A stretch of 64,000 bases of DNA from UHGV virus genome UHGV-0248979, one strand, 5' to 3'. This stretch comes from a virus. Below the pieces are notes generated by a model. It was not told the DNA's origin, made no database searches, and worked only from the letters and a program-made list of their open reading frames with translations. Every line of letters begins with the position of its first letter. Position 1 is the first letter of the stretch. The position numbers and the translations under genes were made by a program. Below, in pieces: positions 1 to 10,698 of the stretch.

Positions 1-172
1 TCAAAAGGATCGACCCCTTGCAGCAAAGGATTATGTAAGGCAAGGTGAATATACCAGTGCTTTACACCCAGCTTTTTTAGGATATTTGCAAACTTGATAA
101 ACGATTTGTTTGTGGTTTTATCATCCACAATTGCGCCCGGATAATAACGCCAATCCGATTCTCGTAGTATCA
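1..172 (-). CDS. hypothetical protein, N-terminal fragment (gene runs off the window start)
   Basis: ATG at 170-172 on minus strand preceded by GGAG; frame open to position 1; N-terminus MILRESDWRYYPGAIVDD. Confidence 0.35.
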
Positions 173-184
173 TACAGACTCCTC

Positions 185-210
185 GCCTCCTACCCTTTCG
201 GGTAGGAGGC
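185..210. terminator. GC-rich palindromic hairpin (putative intrinsic terminator)
   Basis: gcctcctaccc/gggtaggaggc stem, 4-nt loop, T-run on + strand after stem. Confidence 0.45.
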
Positions 211-219
211 TTGTTATTT

Positions 220-1860
220 TTATTCGATGTGGTGCGCCAGCATTGGCGACGCAGCTAAGTTTAGTGTATCTGTCGGTGTGCGACGTATCCAACGAATCAC
301 CAGCGGAGCGTCTAGCGGTACGCGGTAGTCGATAACCTTTTTATCCAACCACTCGTCTACGCTATAGGTGTAAACTTTACCCCCGACGTGGATTTCGAAG
401 TGTGTTGGTTCAGGCGGTTCAGACTCATTACGACGGTCGTACAACGGATAAATCGGTTCGTACAACAGCTTCAACCATTCTGCCTTAGAGGCCACTTTGT
501 TACTGACGTCGATTTCAGAATAATTGACGTTGGAGTATTTAAACTCCGCCCACACGTTTTCCCCATACTTCAAACCGTCTGGTAAGTATTCCAGAATGAA
601 GTTCGAGTTCAGTTCGTTACCTGGGTTTACAAGCGTAATGGCGAATGACTGAGACTGAATAAACGCACGGAATTTGCTGTCTACCTTACTAATATCGACC
701 TGGACGTTAAGACGTTGTTTAACACCCATCAATAACGGATCGAAGGTCGTGCCCGTGGTGTAGTTAACATGCGCCGTTGCATCGTAAACCTTACCGCGTG
801 TCAGGTTATACAGCAAGAAATCCAGACGATAGCCACGTGTGGCATCCAGCCATCTCGGCACAACGAAAAGTTTCATGCTGTAGGCACCATCGACCTGTTC
901 CGTTACCGCCGTATAGTTTTTCACAATGGTGTCACCTACGACATCGGTACCGCCGTAAGTTTCACCTCTGGATAACTTGTAGCTCAGTACACAAGGTAGG
1001 GTGTTACCTGAGTTAGACGCGATGTAGAACGTGTCGTGTGAACCCGCGTTACGTAATCCGTTGAATTTCACACGAGCCTGATCGATAGGTAGTCGTTTTG
1101 TGCCATCGCTGTACACAACGTCACACCAGAGCGGTATAGACTCGATTGGCATGTTGATTGGCAATGTCAGTGTGGTGCCGTCATTGTCTACCAAGAACGG
1201 CGACACCAACTTAATACCCAACACCGTACGTGCTGGCGTTTCTTGCGGCATTACCAGGTTCGTTTTGATGATGTGCGCGTGACCGATTTGCACCACGTTA
1301 CCGACGTCGGAGTAAACCGCGAACATACACTCTTCACCGTTTTCGACCTCAGCCAAGCAAGCACCAGGTAACGTTTGTTTAACGACACGCTCAGCACCCT
1401 CGACAGAAATCGTCTGGACTGGTAAGTAAGTGTATTTTAATTTACCGTCTTTGTAGTAGCCGGAAAGTATTTCAGCACTGTCGTCAACTTTACTGCCTCG
1501 GAAAATGCGCACCCCGTCCACATCCGGCCCTTCAAAGGTGAGTGCGTTATCCAACACCATTGTTGCCGGGAGTTTCGTAGAATCCACGTAGACACGATAT
1601 TTATCGCTACGCAGTGGGTAGTGACCGTTTAGACGGCCGTCTTGATTAGCCACACCCACGCCACCCCACGGTTCGGTTTCCCACGACGGTTTGGAGTAGT
1701 TAACGCTTACGACGATATCGAAACCAGAGGTGATATCGTTAACGATCAGATCTTTCGGGTTCGGTACGTATCCGGTTTGACGTTCCGGCGCATAGAGTTC
1801 TTCAGGACGCCATACACGAAACCCGCGATCCTTATTAATAATGTCGGTTGTTAAGGCCAT
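220..1860 (-). CDS. hypothetical protein, 546 aa, possibly virion-associated
   Basis: Long ORF packed tightly with neighbours in a structural-looking region; no recognisable motif. Confidence 0.6.
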   Translation of the reverse strand: MALTTDIINKDRGFRVWRPEELYAPERQTGYVPNPKDLIVNDITSGFDIVVSVNYSKPSWETEPWGGVGVANQDGRLNGHYPLRSDKYRVYVDSTKLPATMVLDNALTFEGPDVDGVRIFRGSKVDDSAEILSGYYKDGKLKYTYLPVQTISVEGAERVVKQTLPGACLAEVENGEECMFAVYSDVGNVVQIGHAHIIKTNLVMPQETPARTVLGIKLVSPFLVDNDGTTLTLPINMPIESIPLWCDVVYSDGTKRLPIDQARVKFNGLRNAGSHDTFYIASNSGNTLPCVLSYKLSRGETYGGTDVVGDTIVKNYTAVTEQVDGAYSMKLFVVPRWLDATRGYRLDFLLYNLTRGKVYDATAHVNYTTGTTFDPLLMGVKQRLNVQVDISKVDSKFRAFIQSQSFAITLVNPGNELNSNFILEYLPDGLKYGENVWAEFKYSNVNYSEIDVSNKVASKAEWLKLLYEPIYPLYDRRNESEPPEPTHFEIHVGGKVYTYSVDEWLDKKVIDYRVPLDAPLVIRWIRRTPTDTLNLAASPMLAHHIE

Positions 1861-1862
1861 GA

Positions 1863-4379
1863 TTAACCCTTGATTTTCAGATACTGGTTCAGCTGAACTT
1901 CACCATTCAGATACCGCTCGTTAACGCGATCCAAAAACGCGAACCCGAGTTCGTTAACTTCCACGGTTTGGTATTTCACATGCGGATGGAGTTTGACAAA
2001 CGCTTTATCGTAACCGATATACGCGGGGTCGAAAGGAAGCAGGTCTTTATACCGCTCCATAATTTCGTCCAACTGTGTTGTTGAGATACGATAGTCTGGG
2101 TCGTCTTCCACTAGGGTGAGAACACCCCGTAAGTAGTCCCACAGGATTTTATTCAGCGTAGGCGAATAAAGGTGATACAGGTGCGGCAACGGCACAGGAT
2201 TCTGTGGGGGTGGTGTCGGGAACCAGTTAGTCATGTAATTTTCTACACGACTGTCCAGGTCACGGGCTACGTCCCTGAGTGCATACGTGTTCCCCGTTAC
2301 CAGCGTACGCAATGGTATTGTAGGGTCATCGACAGAGTAGGGATAACCATCATCAACAATATTGACACCCACAGTGTTGTCTTCGCGGAACACTACTTCG
2401 TCACGTAATAACAAGGAACCGCCAGCAACGACACGAATAACTTTGTCGTCACGACAATCAAATTGGTTGTTATTTGATAACAACCCGCTCGAGACAAAAC
2501 CGTGTTTCGGAATACGAAGTTCACCGGTGACTCCACGACAACGCACCGCGATGTGGTTTTCATCGGAATCACTCATCCATGCTTTACAGACTACAACGAT
2601 TTCTGGCCAAATGACGTGATAATCGATGCCGTGTACCAGAGGGTGACCGTTTAACCACACTTCAACGGTTTCCATCGGAATCCACAGTGTGCGTTGATTA
2701 CCTTCTTGGTTTCGGGCCAGAATAGGAATACGAATCTCCCCTTCTCTGACTGGCACATCGATTTCGAAATACAGATGGCGATCGTCGTAAATCACCGTAG
2801 GATGACGACGAGTACGGTCCACAGTCCAGGTAATGTTATTACCTTCACGGGTGTAATCCGTCCCTTCTACTGCCTTCAGATATTCGTCCCGTGGAATATC
2901 ATCGATAACTTTACGCAACCACAAGTTAACGTTTTGGCCTTCCTGAATTTCGAAATCATCGGCGTTATCAACGATAGTTACTGCCTCGTCTTTATCACCT
3001 TCAATTGCTTCGATAATTCTGGTGTTAGGGTTGCGTGCTTGGTAAACATCATAACCACGGTTTTGATGTGCTTCTAACAGCAGTCCGTCACCGTCATACT
3101 CGTACACGGTCGAGTTGGTTGCCAGTAACGCAGGTAGGGTAGCGCGGTATCCTCCCTCCGTTAGCGTAAGTCGCTGAGGGGTGTCGGCAGCATAACGACT
3201 TACAGCATTGTAACCGTAGGCATCAGTACACAAATCACGCGTAATATTCTCAAGCTTAGCAGCTGCTAGTCGGTTAAAAGCAGCTTGTTCCAGATTAGCG
3301 GCTTGCCACTCAGTTACGTTTGCATTCGCGCCGATCATCGCGTCGATAATCAGGTCATCTGATAATCGGTATAGATCGTGTATGTGTGCCGAGTTAAACA
3401 ACGGCGCAATATCCAGATAGTCGTCGCGAATAATCAACCTGATGATCAGATCGTCCAGGTCTGTGATTGAGCCACTAAAAACGTTGCGGTATTTTGCAAT
3501 ACGTTCAGTCGGGATTGATAAATCGTTCCATGTTAGCTGACGCAGTGCCTGGTGTCGGTGCCGATGGTAATAACGCCCCCGGCCTTTCCAGTAAAGCTGG
3601 ATTTCCGCATCGTTGTTAAAAATCCAGATGCCATCTTTTTTCGGAATATGGAGCAAGTATTTTCGTTTGCTATCCAGTTTGGACATAAACGTTTGTAAGT
3701 CGCCGCAGCGAAATTCTACAACACGGCGAACACGACCATCGACGCGAATGTCGATATCGTCCCACGTTTTAATATCCGCAGGTTTTGGAGAATCAACCAG
3801 TTCTCCGTTTAACCAGAATTCAACATACCCTTTGTTTTGTTGTTTCAGGTAGTTGAACCGGTCAATAACTTTTTGAACTTGTTCTCGATTCGGCGGTGAA
3901 TAAAACTCAACCGTTGTTGGGTTGATGTACGGTGCGTTCTCACCCCCGCTGTAACCAGGATAAATTCGCAGGTAACAGGGATCGTTGTCCAACCAGGCAT
4001 ACCGATCGGATTGCGGAATAGCCATGTAAACCATTCCTGCGCTGTTACGGTAGAAATAAACGTATTCGGAAGGAATTGTCGTTCCGTTTTCGTTATAGAC
4101 TTGAATCCAGGTGCTAAAACCGTTTACGCAGGTGGAAAGTTTCTTCCAACGGTTTAGGGGAATAGCAAAATTCCCCCAGTTTACGTGAAGCTTATCCACC
4201 GCATAGGCGTGCCACCACGAATTTTCTTTCGGTAAAGCGACCGGAATCCGACCGTGTTTGAAAAAGCCGATCGCCCCGGTCTTGGGTGAAAGACGGAAGG
4301 GTGCGATGTTGAGCACCCCGTCGAGATATGGACGCTGCCACGCTTTTTGGATGGCGTGGGCGACCAGCCAGTTCTCCAT
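1863..4379 (-). CDS. hypothetical protein, 838 aa, possibly structural
   Basis: Long ORF 2 nt from the next gene; no recognisable motif. Confidence 0.6.
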   Translation of the reverse strand: MENWLVAHAIQKAWQRPYLDGVLNIAPFRLSPKTGAIGFFKHGRIPVALPKENSWWHAYAVDKLHVNWGNFAIPLNRWKKLSTCVNGFSTWIQVYNENGTTIPSEYVYFYRNSAGMVYMAIPQSDRYAWLDNDPCYLRIYPGYSGGENAPYINPTTVEFYSPPNREQVQKVIDRFNYLKQQNKGYVEFWLNGELVDSPKPADIKTWDDIDIRVDGRVRRVVEFRCGDLQTFMSKLDSKRKYLLHIPKKDGIWIFNNDAEIQLYWKGRGRYYHRHRHQALRQLTWNDLSIPTERIAKYRNVFSGSITDLDDLIIRLIIRDDYLDIAPLFNSAHIHDLYRLSDDLIIDAMIGANANVTEWQAANLEQAAFNRLAAAKLENITRDLCTDAYGYNAVSRYAADTPQRLTLTEGGYRATLPALLATNSTVYEYDGDGLLLEAHQNRGYDVYQARNPNTRIIEAIEGDKDEAVTIVDNADDFEIQEGQNVNLWLRKVIDDIPRDEYLKAVEGTDYTREGNNITWTVDRTRRHPTVIYDDRHLYFEIDVPVREGEIRIPILARNQEGNQRTLWIPMETVEVWLNGHPLVHGIDYHVIWPEIVVVCKAWMSDSDENHIAVRCRGVTGELRIPKHGFVSSGLLSNNNQFDCRDDKVIRVVAGGSLLLRDEVVFREDNTVGVNIVDDGYPYSVDDPTIPLRTLVTGNTYALRDVARDLDSRVENYMTNWFPTPPPQNPVPLPHLYHLYSPTLNKILWDYLRGVLTLVEDDPDYRISTTQLDEIMERYKDLLPFDPAYIGYDKAFVKLHPHVKYQTVEVNELGFAFLDRVNERYLNGEVQLNQYLKIKG

Positions 4380-4389
4380 AGTGGACCTC

Positions 4390-5298
4390 TTACTGGTTGT
4401 TTATCGGTTTGGTGTTTTGGTTAAGTAATGTGTCGTATGCCATGATAAAAGCGTCTTTACGTTTTGCCACGTCACATTTCTTAATTAGCCCACCTAAACG
4501 GGAGCGGTTGAATACCACGTTCTCTAAGCAAGTGCGGGTAATAACAAAGAGAGACGGCGGGTATTCGATAGCGCTGGTAACAAGTTGACGATCGTAGCTA
4601 ATAAAACTACCCAAGCTCGTTGCCAGCATACCTTGCAAACTTACTACGCTGAGATCTTTTAAGCGTGCGGTAATGTCTGCAGCTTTTACCATCTCGACGA
4701 ATTCACCGATATTGCGTGGGAACAGGAACTCTGTGTTTCCGGTAACGGTTTCAAAAATCTGTGGTCCGAGGCGAAGTTCACGCTCTAACTGCTGCTGCAT
4801 TCTTAACATTTTAACTTCATCTTCGAAGTTGTTGTAGAACTGTCCTACGGAAAACAGGGCAGCGAGTGCCTTGACTTGACCGCTTTGATATGGAGCAAGT
4901 GCGTAGGTGTGTTCAATTGCATCGCTAATCCACCTGCTGAAGATCTCATGGTGATAAGACATACGTGACATTAATGTACCGAGCTTATCATTGTTCCGTT
5001 TCCACACTAATTCCCAACGTGCTTCGTCGAGACGTAATTGGTGCTCAATGGGGTTACGGATTTTCAGTACGCCGTTTTTGTCTAGCGTAGTGAAAGTTCG
5101 TGCGTCAACGTACACGTCATCACCGATGACGATCGGTAACGGGAACGGTTTTACATCGGCGGTTTCGATAACGTAATGTACTTCGTCAGACTGTGCAACA
5201 GTCTGATTGACTTTACGCGCCAGTTCCAAATCCGCGTGTAAGCGGGTAAGGTCTATGGTATTAAACGGAGTACCGTTGTAAGCGTTTTTGAGTGCCAT
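4390..5298 (-). CDS. hypothetical protein, 302 aa
   Basis: ORF with tight spacing, first gene of a leftward unit; divergent from the 5361 gene. Confidence 0.55.
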   Translation of the reverse strand: MALKNAYNGTPFNTIDLTRLHADLELARKVNQTVAQSDEVHYVIETADVKPFPLPIVIGDDVYVDARTFTTLDKNGVLKIRNPIEHQLRLDEARWELVWKRNNDKLGTLMSRMSYHHEIFSRWISDAIEHTYALAPYQSGQVKALAALFSVGQFYNNFEDEVKMLRMQQQLERELRLGPQIFETVTGNTEFLFPRNIGEFVEMVKAADITARLKDLSVVSLQGMLATSLGSFISYDRQLVTSAIEYPPSLFVITRTCLENVVFNRSRLGGLIKKCDVAKRKDAFIMAYDTLLNQNTKPINNQ

Positions 5299-5360
5299 GA
5301 GTATGATACCTTAGTATGACCCTTTTTCAAGGTCTTAAAGACTGAATATGGAGACGTTCC

Positions 5361-7418
5361 ATGAGTTTTATTCCACGAAACGGCGCGCCATTGAATAACA
5401 AGCAAGGGTGGCAGGATAACTCTGTCCCTGAACTTGTCCGGACTCCCACGGGTGATCCGATTCATAAGCCGCTGATCTTCACCTTTGCATCACGCGGGGT
5501 AGACGACGAGGCGTTCCCGTTATCCGGGGATAATGCATTGTCTCTGCTTGGTCGTGATTTGTTCGACCTGCGTGGCGATTACGCGACGTTCAACACACCC
5601 TTCCAGGCGATGTTTAATGCCAATGGTAACGAGTGTATGTATCAGCGTCTGGTACCGGAAGATGCGAAAGTCGCAGCTATCCGTCTGGTGGCTGACGTCC
5701 TCGAAACCAAAGTTCCTTCATACGAGCGTGAGAACGGCATTATCCAGTATGAAACTAACGGTAAGCCGAAGAAGAAAGGGGACATTGATGGCTTGAAAGT
5801 GGTTTTCCGTCTGCAAGTTGTCGAAGATGTAAGCACCCTGAAAAAAGGTGTGGCTACTGAAGGGACAATGACTGACGAAACTACCCAGGCGAAATCAAAG
5901 CTCTATCCGATCTTCGACATTAAAGGCCCGTACGCGGGTGCTGATGTCAACGGTTTCGGTTTTAAACTGGTTCCGCTGAACGAAAAATCCAGCCCATCTA
6001 TCGCGTCTGCTTATCAGACTAACGTAGGTGGACGTATGTACGCACTGCAATGGTTTGAAACCTTAGCAGGGGTTACATCGCCGGTAATTTGGAAGACCCT
6101 TAAAGGTCTTAGCAGCATCAATGTTAGCTTCAAGCCCGATGCATACTATCAGCCGATGGCTACCCAACTGGACTTCGAAGTCGTTGTTCCAGATGCCTAT
6201 CGTCAGACGATGCCAGACATCGGCGGTCTGCCGGACTACGGTCCTTTCGAAGAGTTCTACATTTACCGTGAAAACCTGGAAACTGTTCTGAAACTGGCAC
6301 AGTCTAAAATTCAGAATGCGAAACCAGCGATCACCGATCCGTATATGGTTGATATCTTCGGCGGCCTGGATTTAACCGGTCAAATGTACGATGGTCTGCA
6401 AGTTAGCCCATCTGATGAAGTGGGTAAAGTTGTCTTTTCTGCTTCTAACATTCACTATCTGCAGGGCGGTAGTGACGGGACGATGGGCAATGATAATTAC
6501 GACAAACTCGTGCGTCGTGAGATGAGCCAGTTCCCGGACGGTGGTAAAGTCCGTTACGATAACGAGCTGAAATATTCGTTAGGTTGTTTCTGGGACTCCG
6601 GCTTTAGCATGGATACCAAGAAAATGCTGACCAATTTCATTGGTCGCTCTCGTAACACGTTCCTGACACTCTGTACTCACGTTTATAACCAAGATCGTAA
6701 TGACTTACAAACCGAAGAGAACGTGAAGACAGCGCTGATCGAAATGATTACGTCTGTGCCTGAGTCGTCCTATTACGGTACCCCATCGTGCCGTGGTATG
6801 ATTACTGGCCAGTCTGCATTCATCCGTAACTCGAGCTACAAGAAACCGGTTCCGATGTGTTATAGCATTGCGAACTTCTTCTCGAAGTATCTCGGTTCCG
6901 GTGAAGGACGTGCAAAACCGGCGTATCGTTTCAGCCGTGGTGAAGAGACGATCATCGAAGATCTGTACGATCTGAGTATGCCGTGGAAAGGTAATGAGGT
7001 TTACGCATCCGACTGGGATGTGTCCCTGGTTACCGCACGTTCCCGCGACTACTATCGTTTGTTCATCCCAGCCATCCAGTCCATCTATAGCGAAGAACGT
7101 TCAGTGCTGAACAATGCACTGTTTAACTTTATCCTGACTTACGTTTATCGTGTCAGTGATCAGGTTTGGGCAGATATGTCCGGTGAAAGCCGTATGACGG
7201 ACGACGAACGCGCGAAAATGATTGAAAACAAAATCACCGAGCGTTTGGAAGGTCGCCTGGATAATATTGCCGACATTACCCCGAGTGCGTATATGACAGC
7301 GGACGATAAAGCCAACGGCTACTCTATCACGCTGGACATTAAAGCTGAAGGCGGTGTACTGTTGTCGCAGTTCAACACGACGATCAAAGTTTATCGTCGC
7401 GACAGTACGGAGAGCTAA
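5361..7418 (+). CDS. putative tail sheath-like structural protein (size and gene order only)
   Basis: 685-aa ORF followed 3 nt later by a 291-aa ORF and a strong terminator; sizes and order resemble sheath/tube pairs of large myoviruses; no motif confirmation. Confidence 0.3.
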   Translation: MSFIPRNGAPLNNKQGWQDNSVPELVRTPTGDPIHKPLIFTFASRGVDDEAFPLSGDNALSLLGRDLFDLRGDYATFNTPFQAMFNANGNECMYQRLVPEDAKVAAIRLVADVLETKVPSYERENGIIQYETNGKPKKKGDIDGLKVVFRLQVVEDVSTLKKGVATEGTMTDETTQAKSKLYPIFDIKGPYAGADVNGFGFKLVPLNEKSSPSIASAYQTNVGGRMYALQWFETLAGVTSPVIWKTLKGLSSINVSFKPDAYYQPMATQLDFEVVVPDAYRQTMPDIGGLPDYGPFEEFYIYRENLETVLKLAQSKIQNAKPAITDPYMVDIFGGLDLTGQMYDGLQVSPSDEVGKVVFSASNIHYLQGGSDGTMGNDNYDKLVRREMSQFPDGGKVRYDNELKYSLGCFWDSGFSMDTKKMLTNFIGRSRNTFLTLCTHVYNQDRNDLQTEENVKTALIEMITSVPESSYYGTPSCRGMITGQSAFIRNSSYKKPVPMCYSIANFFSKYLGSGEGRAKPAYRFSRGEETIIEDLYDLSMPWKGNEVYASDWDVSLVTARSRDYYRLFIPAIQSIYSEERSVLNNALFNFILTYVYRVSDQVWADMSGESRMTDDERAKMIENKITERLEGRLDNIADITPSAYMTADDKANGYSITLDIKAEGGVLLSQFNTTIKVYRRDSTES

Positions 7419-7421
7419 TAG

Positions 7422-8297
7422 ATGTCTATTAAAGAACGCATGATTTTACCTGACCAGGGCCTCCACGTCGATGGCGGCCAGTACGATATGGTTAACCCCT
7501 TCTCGTCTGGTCAAAACGGTCCGGTCGGTCAGGTTGGTAAGTTCGTTACCAACGCCCACCGCCTGCGTCGTAACGTAATCGCACGTGTGATGGAATTCCC
7601 TCGTTGGGTTGATTACATGCCGAACCCACAACTGTGGCGTCAGGCAATCAAATCGTTCATCGAGGTTCACACCACGATTACTGGTCTGGACAAATCCCTG
7701 AGTGCTGAGTACGTACAGACCCAGCAGGGACGTAACAACCGCGTTCAGTACGAAGCTGGACTGGTAACAGAAGCGCTGTCTTCTGTTACACACACTACCC
7801 CGGATAAACTGGGTAAAGTGTATCAGAACATGCTCTGGGCGTGGTTGGTTTACGGTGTTTGTGATCCGCACACTGGTCACCCTGGCCTGGCGGCAATCAA
7901 CCCGAACGTACCGGATCACCTGCCGGATATGTACAGCATGACCGTGCTGTATTTCGAACCGGATGCGTATCAGCGTAAACCGCAGAACGCATGGTGGCTG
8001 ACGAACATGGCTCCTGAATCTAACGGTCAGGATATCGGTGAACGTGACCCGAACACCGGACCTCAGACCAACGAACTGTCTATCACCTTCACCTCCCAGC
8101 AATGGACAGGTTGGGGTCCGATGCAGGCAGCTCAGAAAGAACTGGAGCGCATGAAGCTTTACGGTCTGCGTCCTTACGAACGCAAACTGTGGCTTACCCC
8201 GTCTCAGCAGACCAACGGTATCAACCCAGACGTCGATGCTACGGCTGGCGGTTATCGTTCTGTGTCCGATGAGCAGATGGCAAATCAGCTTCGTTAA
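7422..8297 (+). CDS. putative tail tube-like structural protein (size and position only)
   Basis: 291-aa ORF directly after the 685-aa ORF, ending at a bidirectional terminator. Confidence 0.3.
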   Translation: MSIKERMILPDQGLHVDGGQYDMVNPFSSGQNGPVGQVGKFVTNAHRLRRNVIARVMEFPRWVDYMPNPQLWRQAIKSFIEVHTTITGLDKSLSAEYVQTQQGRNNRVQYEAGLVTEALSSVTHTTPDKLGKVYQNMLWAWLVYGVCDPHTGHPGLAAINPNVPDHLPDMYSMTVLYFEPDAYQRKPQNAWWLTNMAPESNGQDIGERDPNTGPQTNELSITFTSQQWTGWGPMQAAQKELERMKLYGLRPYERKLWLTPSQQTNGINPDVDATAGGYRSVSDEQMANQLR

Positions 8298-8313
8298 GCA
8301 AAAAAAATAAGTT

Positions 8314-8340
8314 TACCTACCTCCGTCAAGGAGGTAGGTA
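8314..8340. terminator. bidirectional intrinsic terminator hairpin
   Basis: tacctacctcc / gtcaa loop / ggaggtaggta, A-run upstream and T-run downstream; sits between convergent genes. Confidence 0.7.
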
Positions 8341-8344
8341 GCTT

Positions 8345-8923
8345 TTATTTTTCTTCTTTTTCCAGATGTTTACGGGCAGAAGAACGAATGATTAAGTTTT
8401 TCATCTGCATTAACAGCAGGAACGTAGAGAGTAAATCGAACGTGGTGGGCGGTGTGTTGGTGGCATCACCAGGATAAGCAACGCGCCACAGCGTTAGTTC
8501 TGCGCCACTATTTCCTTTTTCGTTACGTATAATATCGTTGTTGTGCAAGGTAATCAGTTCAGATTCCAACGATTCCAACACACTTTCACCGAATTCGATC
8601 AGTAAGAGTTGTTTGAAACGGATAACGTAACCGGCGACGATATTACCGGCAGAACTGCTACGTATTTCGGTTAAGAAACGCTGGTAGCCGTTGATGGTGT
8701 GTGGGATTGTTTCAGCAGGCCAACCCGCGATATGTGGAAACGCATCACCTAAAGTGGCTTCCATAGACAACGTAAAGACTTCACCGATTTGGTTAAGATG
8801 GCTAATGACTTCTGTACGGTTCATGACGTTAGGAAGCGGGGCAGGCCGTTCTGTATTCGGTTTTTCTTGAGCTATGGGATAGCCATCGAATAAGTTTTGC
8901 ATTGTTTTATCTCCTGAAATCAA
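8345..8923 (-). CDS. hypothetical protein, 192 aa
   Basis: ORF bounded by hairpin terminators on both sides. Confidence 0.5.
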   Translation of the reverse strand: MISGDKTMQNLFDGYPIAQEKPNTERPAPLPNVMNRTEVISHLNQIGEVFTLSMEATLGDAFPHIAGWPAETIPHTINGYQRFLTEIRSSSAGNIVAGYVIRFKQLLLIEFGESVLESLESELITLHNNDIIRNEKGNSGAELTLWRVAYPGDATNTPPTTFDLLSTFLLLMQMKNLIIRSSARKHLEKEEK

Positions 8924-8933
8924 AAAAAAATAA

Positions 8934-8951
8934 GGCGGTCATAAGACCGCC
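8934..8951. terminator. hairpin with flanking A/T runs (putative terminator)
   Basis: ggcggtc / ataa / gaccgcc flanked by A-run and T-run. Confidence 0.4.
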
Positions 8952-9112
8952 CTAGATTTTATTTTCTCCGTCGGTGGCTCAGGTAAACCAGACCATCGAT
9001 TGGTCTAGGTGGTCCTGGCTTCCGAGAAAGAGGTTGTTGCCATTTCGTAGGATTGATTTTCTCTTCAGGAACAAAAGCCCGATATAGTCGGGCCCCTGAA
9101 ATAATGCCGAAC

Positions 9113-9595
9113 TTATTCGTCGTCTTCGTCATCGCCCGCCATCATCGCATCGGCAAACACTTTGCGCATTTTCCCTTCCAGCTCTTTTGACTTAGGTACA
9201 CCGTAACCAAAGCCGATAGAAGCTGCCCATTCAGACGCCCCTACAGTTTCCCCAGTTGGACGTGAGAACACCGTAGAGAACGACGCGTTACCAATATTCG
9301 TGGTAAGGTCTAGTGCGACCAGTTCGTCGTCTGCTTTCGCTTTCTCAACGATAAGTTCTGACGCAACCTTACCGTAGACTTCCAGGAAGTTCGCATCGTG
9401 TTGGCGAACCGCATCCGCATCCTGTAGTGTCAGACGATAATCGGTGTCGTTCACTTTGATGACCGGAAGTGATTCTTCGTAGATTTTGATTAACGGGTCT
9501 GCGTTAAGCAGAGCGCTTTCGTCAAGAGTCATTGCCGGAGTTTCCAGCGCATCGATCATTGCAGCCAGTTCTTTAGTAGACATTACTTGTGCCAT
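9113..9595 (-). CDS. hypothetical protein, 160 aa, acidic C-terminus
   Basis: ORF ending ...MMAGDDEDDE; start region CCTTAAGGAATAAATCAA-ATG. Confidence 0.5.
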   Translation of the reverse strand: MAQVMSTKELAAMIDALETPAMTLDESALLNADPLIKIYEESLPVIKVNDTDYRLTLQDADAVRQHDANFLEVYGKVASELIVEKAKADDELVALDLTTNIGNASFSTVFSRPTGETVGASEWAASIGFGYGVPKSKELEGKMRKVFADAMMAGDDEDDE

Positions 9596-9614
9596 TTGAT
9601 TTATTCCTTAAGGT

Positions 9615-10286
9615 TTACTGTTGTTGAAGACGGCTTTCTAAGCCAGTGATGATTTCGTCGGTGAAATACGCTAAGTCGAGCATTTCAACGTACTCTTGGC
9701 GTTCCAAGATTTCTTTCGCAAACAATGCGTTATACCAATCAGGAACACGAGATTTGCCATTACGACCGAACTTATTTTGCACGTGACTGATTGCATGGAA
9801 CTTTGAATCGGTAACGGATTTTCCATGGTCACGTGCGTATAAGTAAGAGCGGTGCATGTAATTTTTAACTTCTTCGATGGTAGGGATACCACGATCGGCG
9901 GCAGCGACAATTTCAGAAACAATGGAATTATAACCACCTTTGTGGGAACTCCGATGTTCTAATACTGCATACGCTACCTCGGTTACATCGTCGGAACTAA
10001 GTTTAAAGCGACGTCTGAGAATAGGTGCAGAATCAAGCACGTAATTGAATGCTTTGATGTGGTGAGAAGCACGATCTGCGGGTGTGGATAAAATGTCGTG
10101 TGCTGCCACGGCAACCAGAACATTCTTTAAGTGCTGTGTTTCATTCAACAGGTAAGCGATACGAACAGCGTTCGACTTCACTGAAAGAATGTGGTCTAGT
10201 CGGTGTGCGCTATCGGTATAGCGATAGAAATCGCGGAAGTGGCTAAGTACACGTTCCCAGAATTTATTAATTTCAGTAGCTTCCAT
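9615..10286 (-). CDS. HD-domain phosphohydrolase-like protein (possible YfbR-type nucleotidase)
   Basis: Pattern SAHRLDHILSV ... VLVAVAAHDILS ... SHH resembles the HD metal-binding motifs. Confidence 0.4.
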   Translation of the reverse strand: MEATEINKFWERVLSHFRDFYRYTDSAHRLDHILSVKSNAVRIAYLLNETQHLKNVLVAVAAHDILSTPADRASHHIKAFNYVLDSAPILRRRFKLSSDDVTEVAYAVLEHRSSHKGGYNSIVSEIVAAADRGIPTIEEVKNYMHRSYLYARDHGKSVTDSKFHAISHVQNKFGRNGKSRVPDWYNALFAKEILERQEYVEMLDLAYFTDEIITGLESRLQQQ

Positions 10287-10307
10287 TGATAATACCTTAC
10301 AAGTCGA

Positions 10308-10697
10308 TTAAGAGAATGTGAACTGACAGCGTGCCAACAGAATACGATGGTTTTTCCAATCGTCAGGTTCTTGGATAATGTTTCGATAAAGGATATGGTC
10401 AGTGCTTATTGCCCTTGCAAGTTCTTGCACCATATCCGGGAGCGTAGATGCTTTTAGCTGATGCGCTTCACGCCACTTAGAAGACGCCATACGGCACAGA
10501 AATGCATCCTTAGGCTCAATGGTATTACTTTCCTCTTTTAACGCTTCTAAATGCGCCTCAATGCGTTTTACATGGAGCTCAAGAGCTTGAGGGTCTGTTA
10601 CGAAAGTATAGAATCTATCATCGCGACGTAAGCTACACAGAATCCATAAGGTAAAGGGGTCACGACAAATATCAATAAGTTCTTTTGACCATTCCAT
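10308..10697 (-). CDS. hypothetical protein, 129 aa (paralog of the next gene)
   Basis: N-terminus ELIDICRDPFTLWILCSLRRDD resembles ELFKDPFVVLMISTRAVMRPDD of the neighbour. Confidence 0.5.
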   Translation of the reverse strand: MEWSKELIDICRDPFTLWILCSLRRDDRFYTFVTDPQALELHVKRIEAHLEALKEESNTIEPKDAFLCRMASSKWREAHQLKASTLPDMVQELARAISTDHILYRNIIQEPDDWKNHRILLARCQFTFS

Positions 10698-10698
10698 T

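Noticed and set aside
7446-8102. 218-aa minus-strand ORF
   Set aside because: Entirely inside the 7422-8297 plus-strand gene on the opposite strand; Arg-rich shadow ORF typical of antisense frames.
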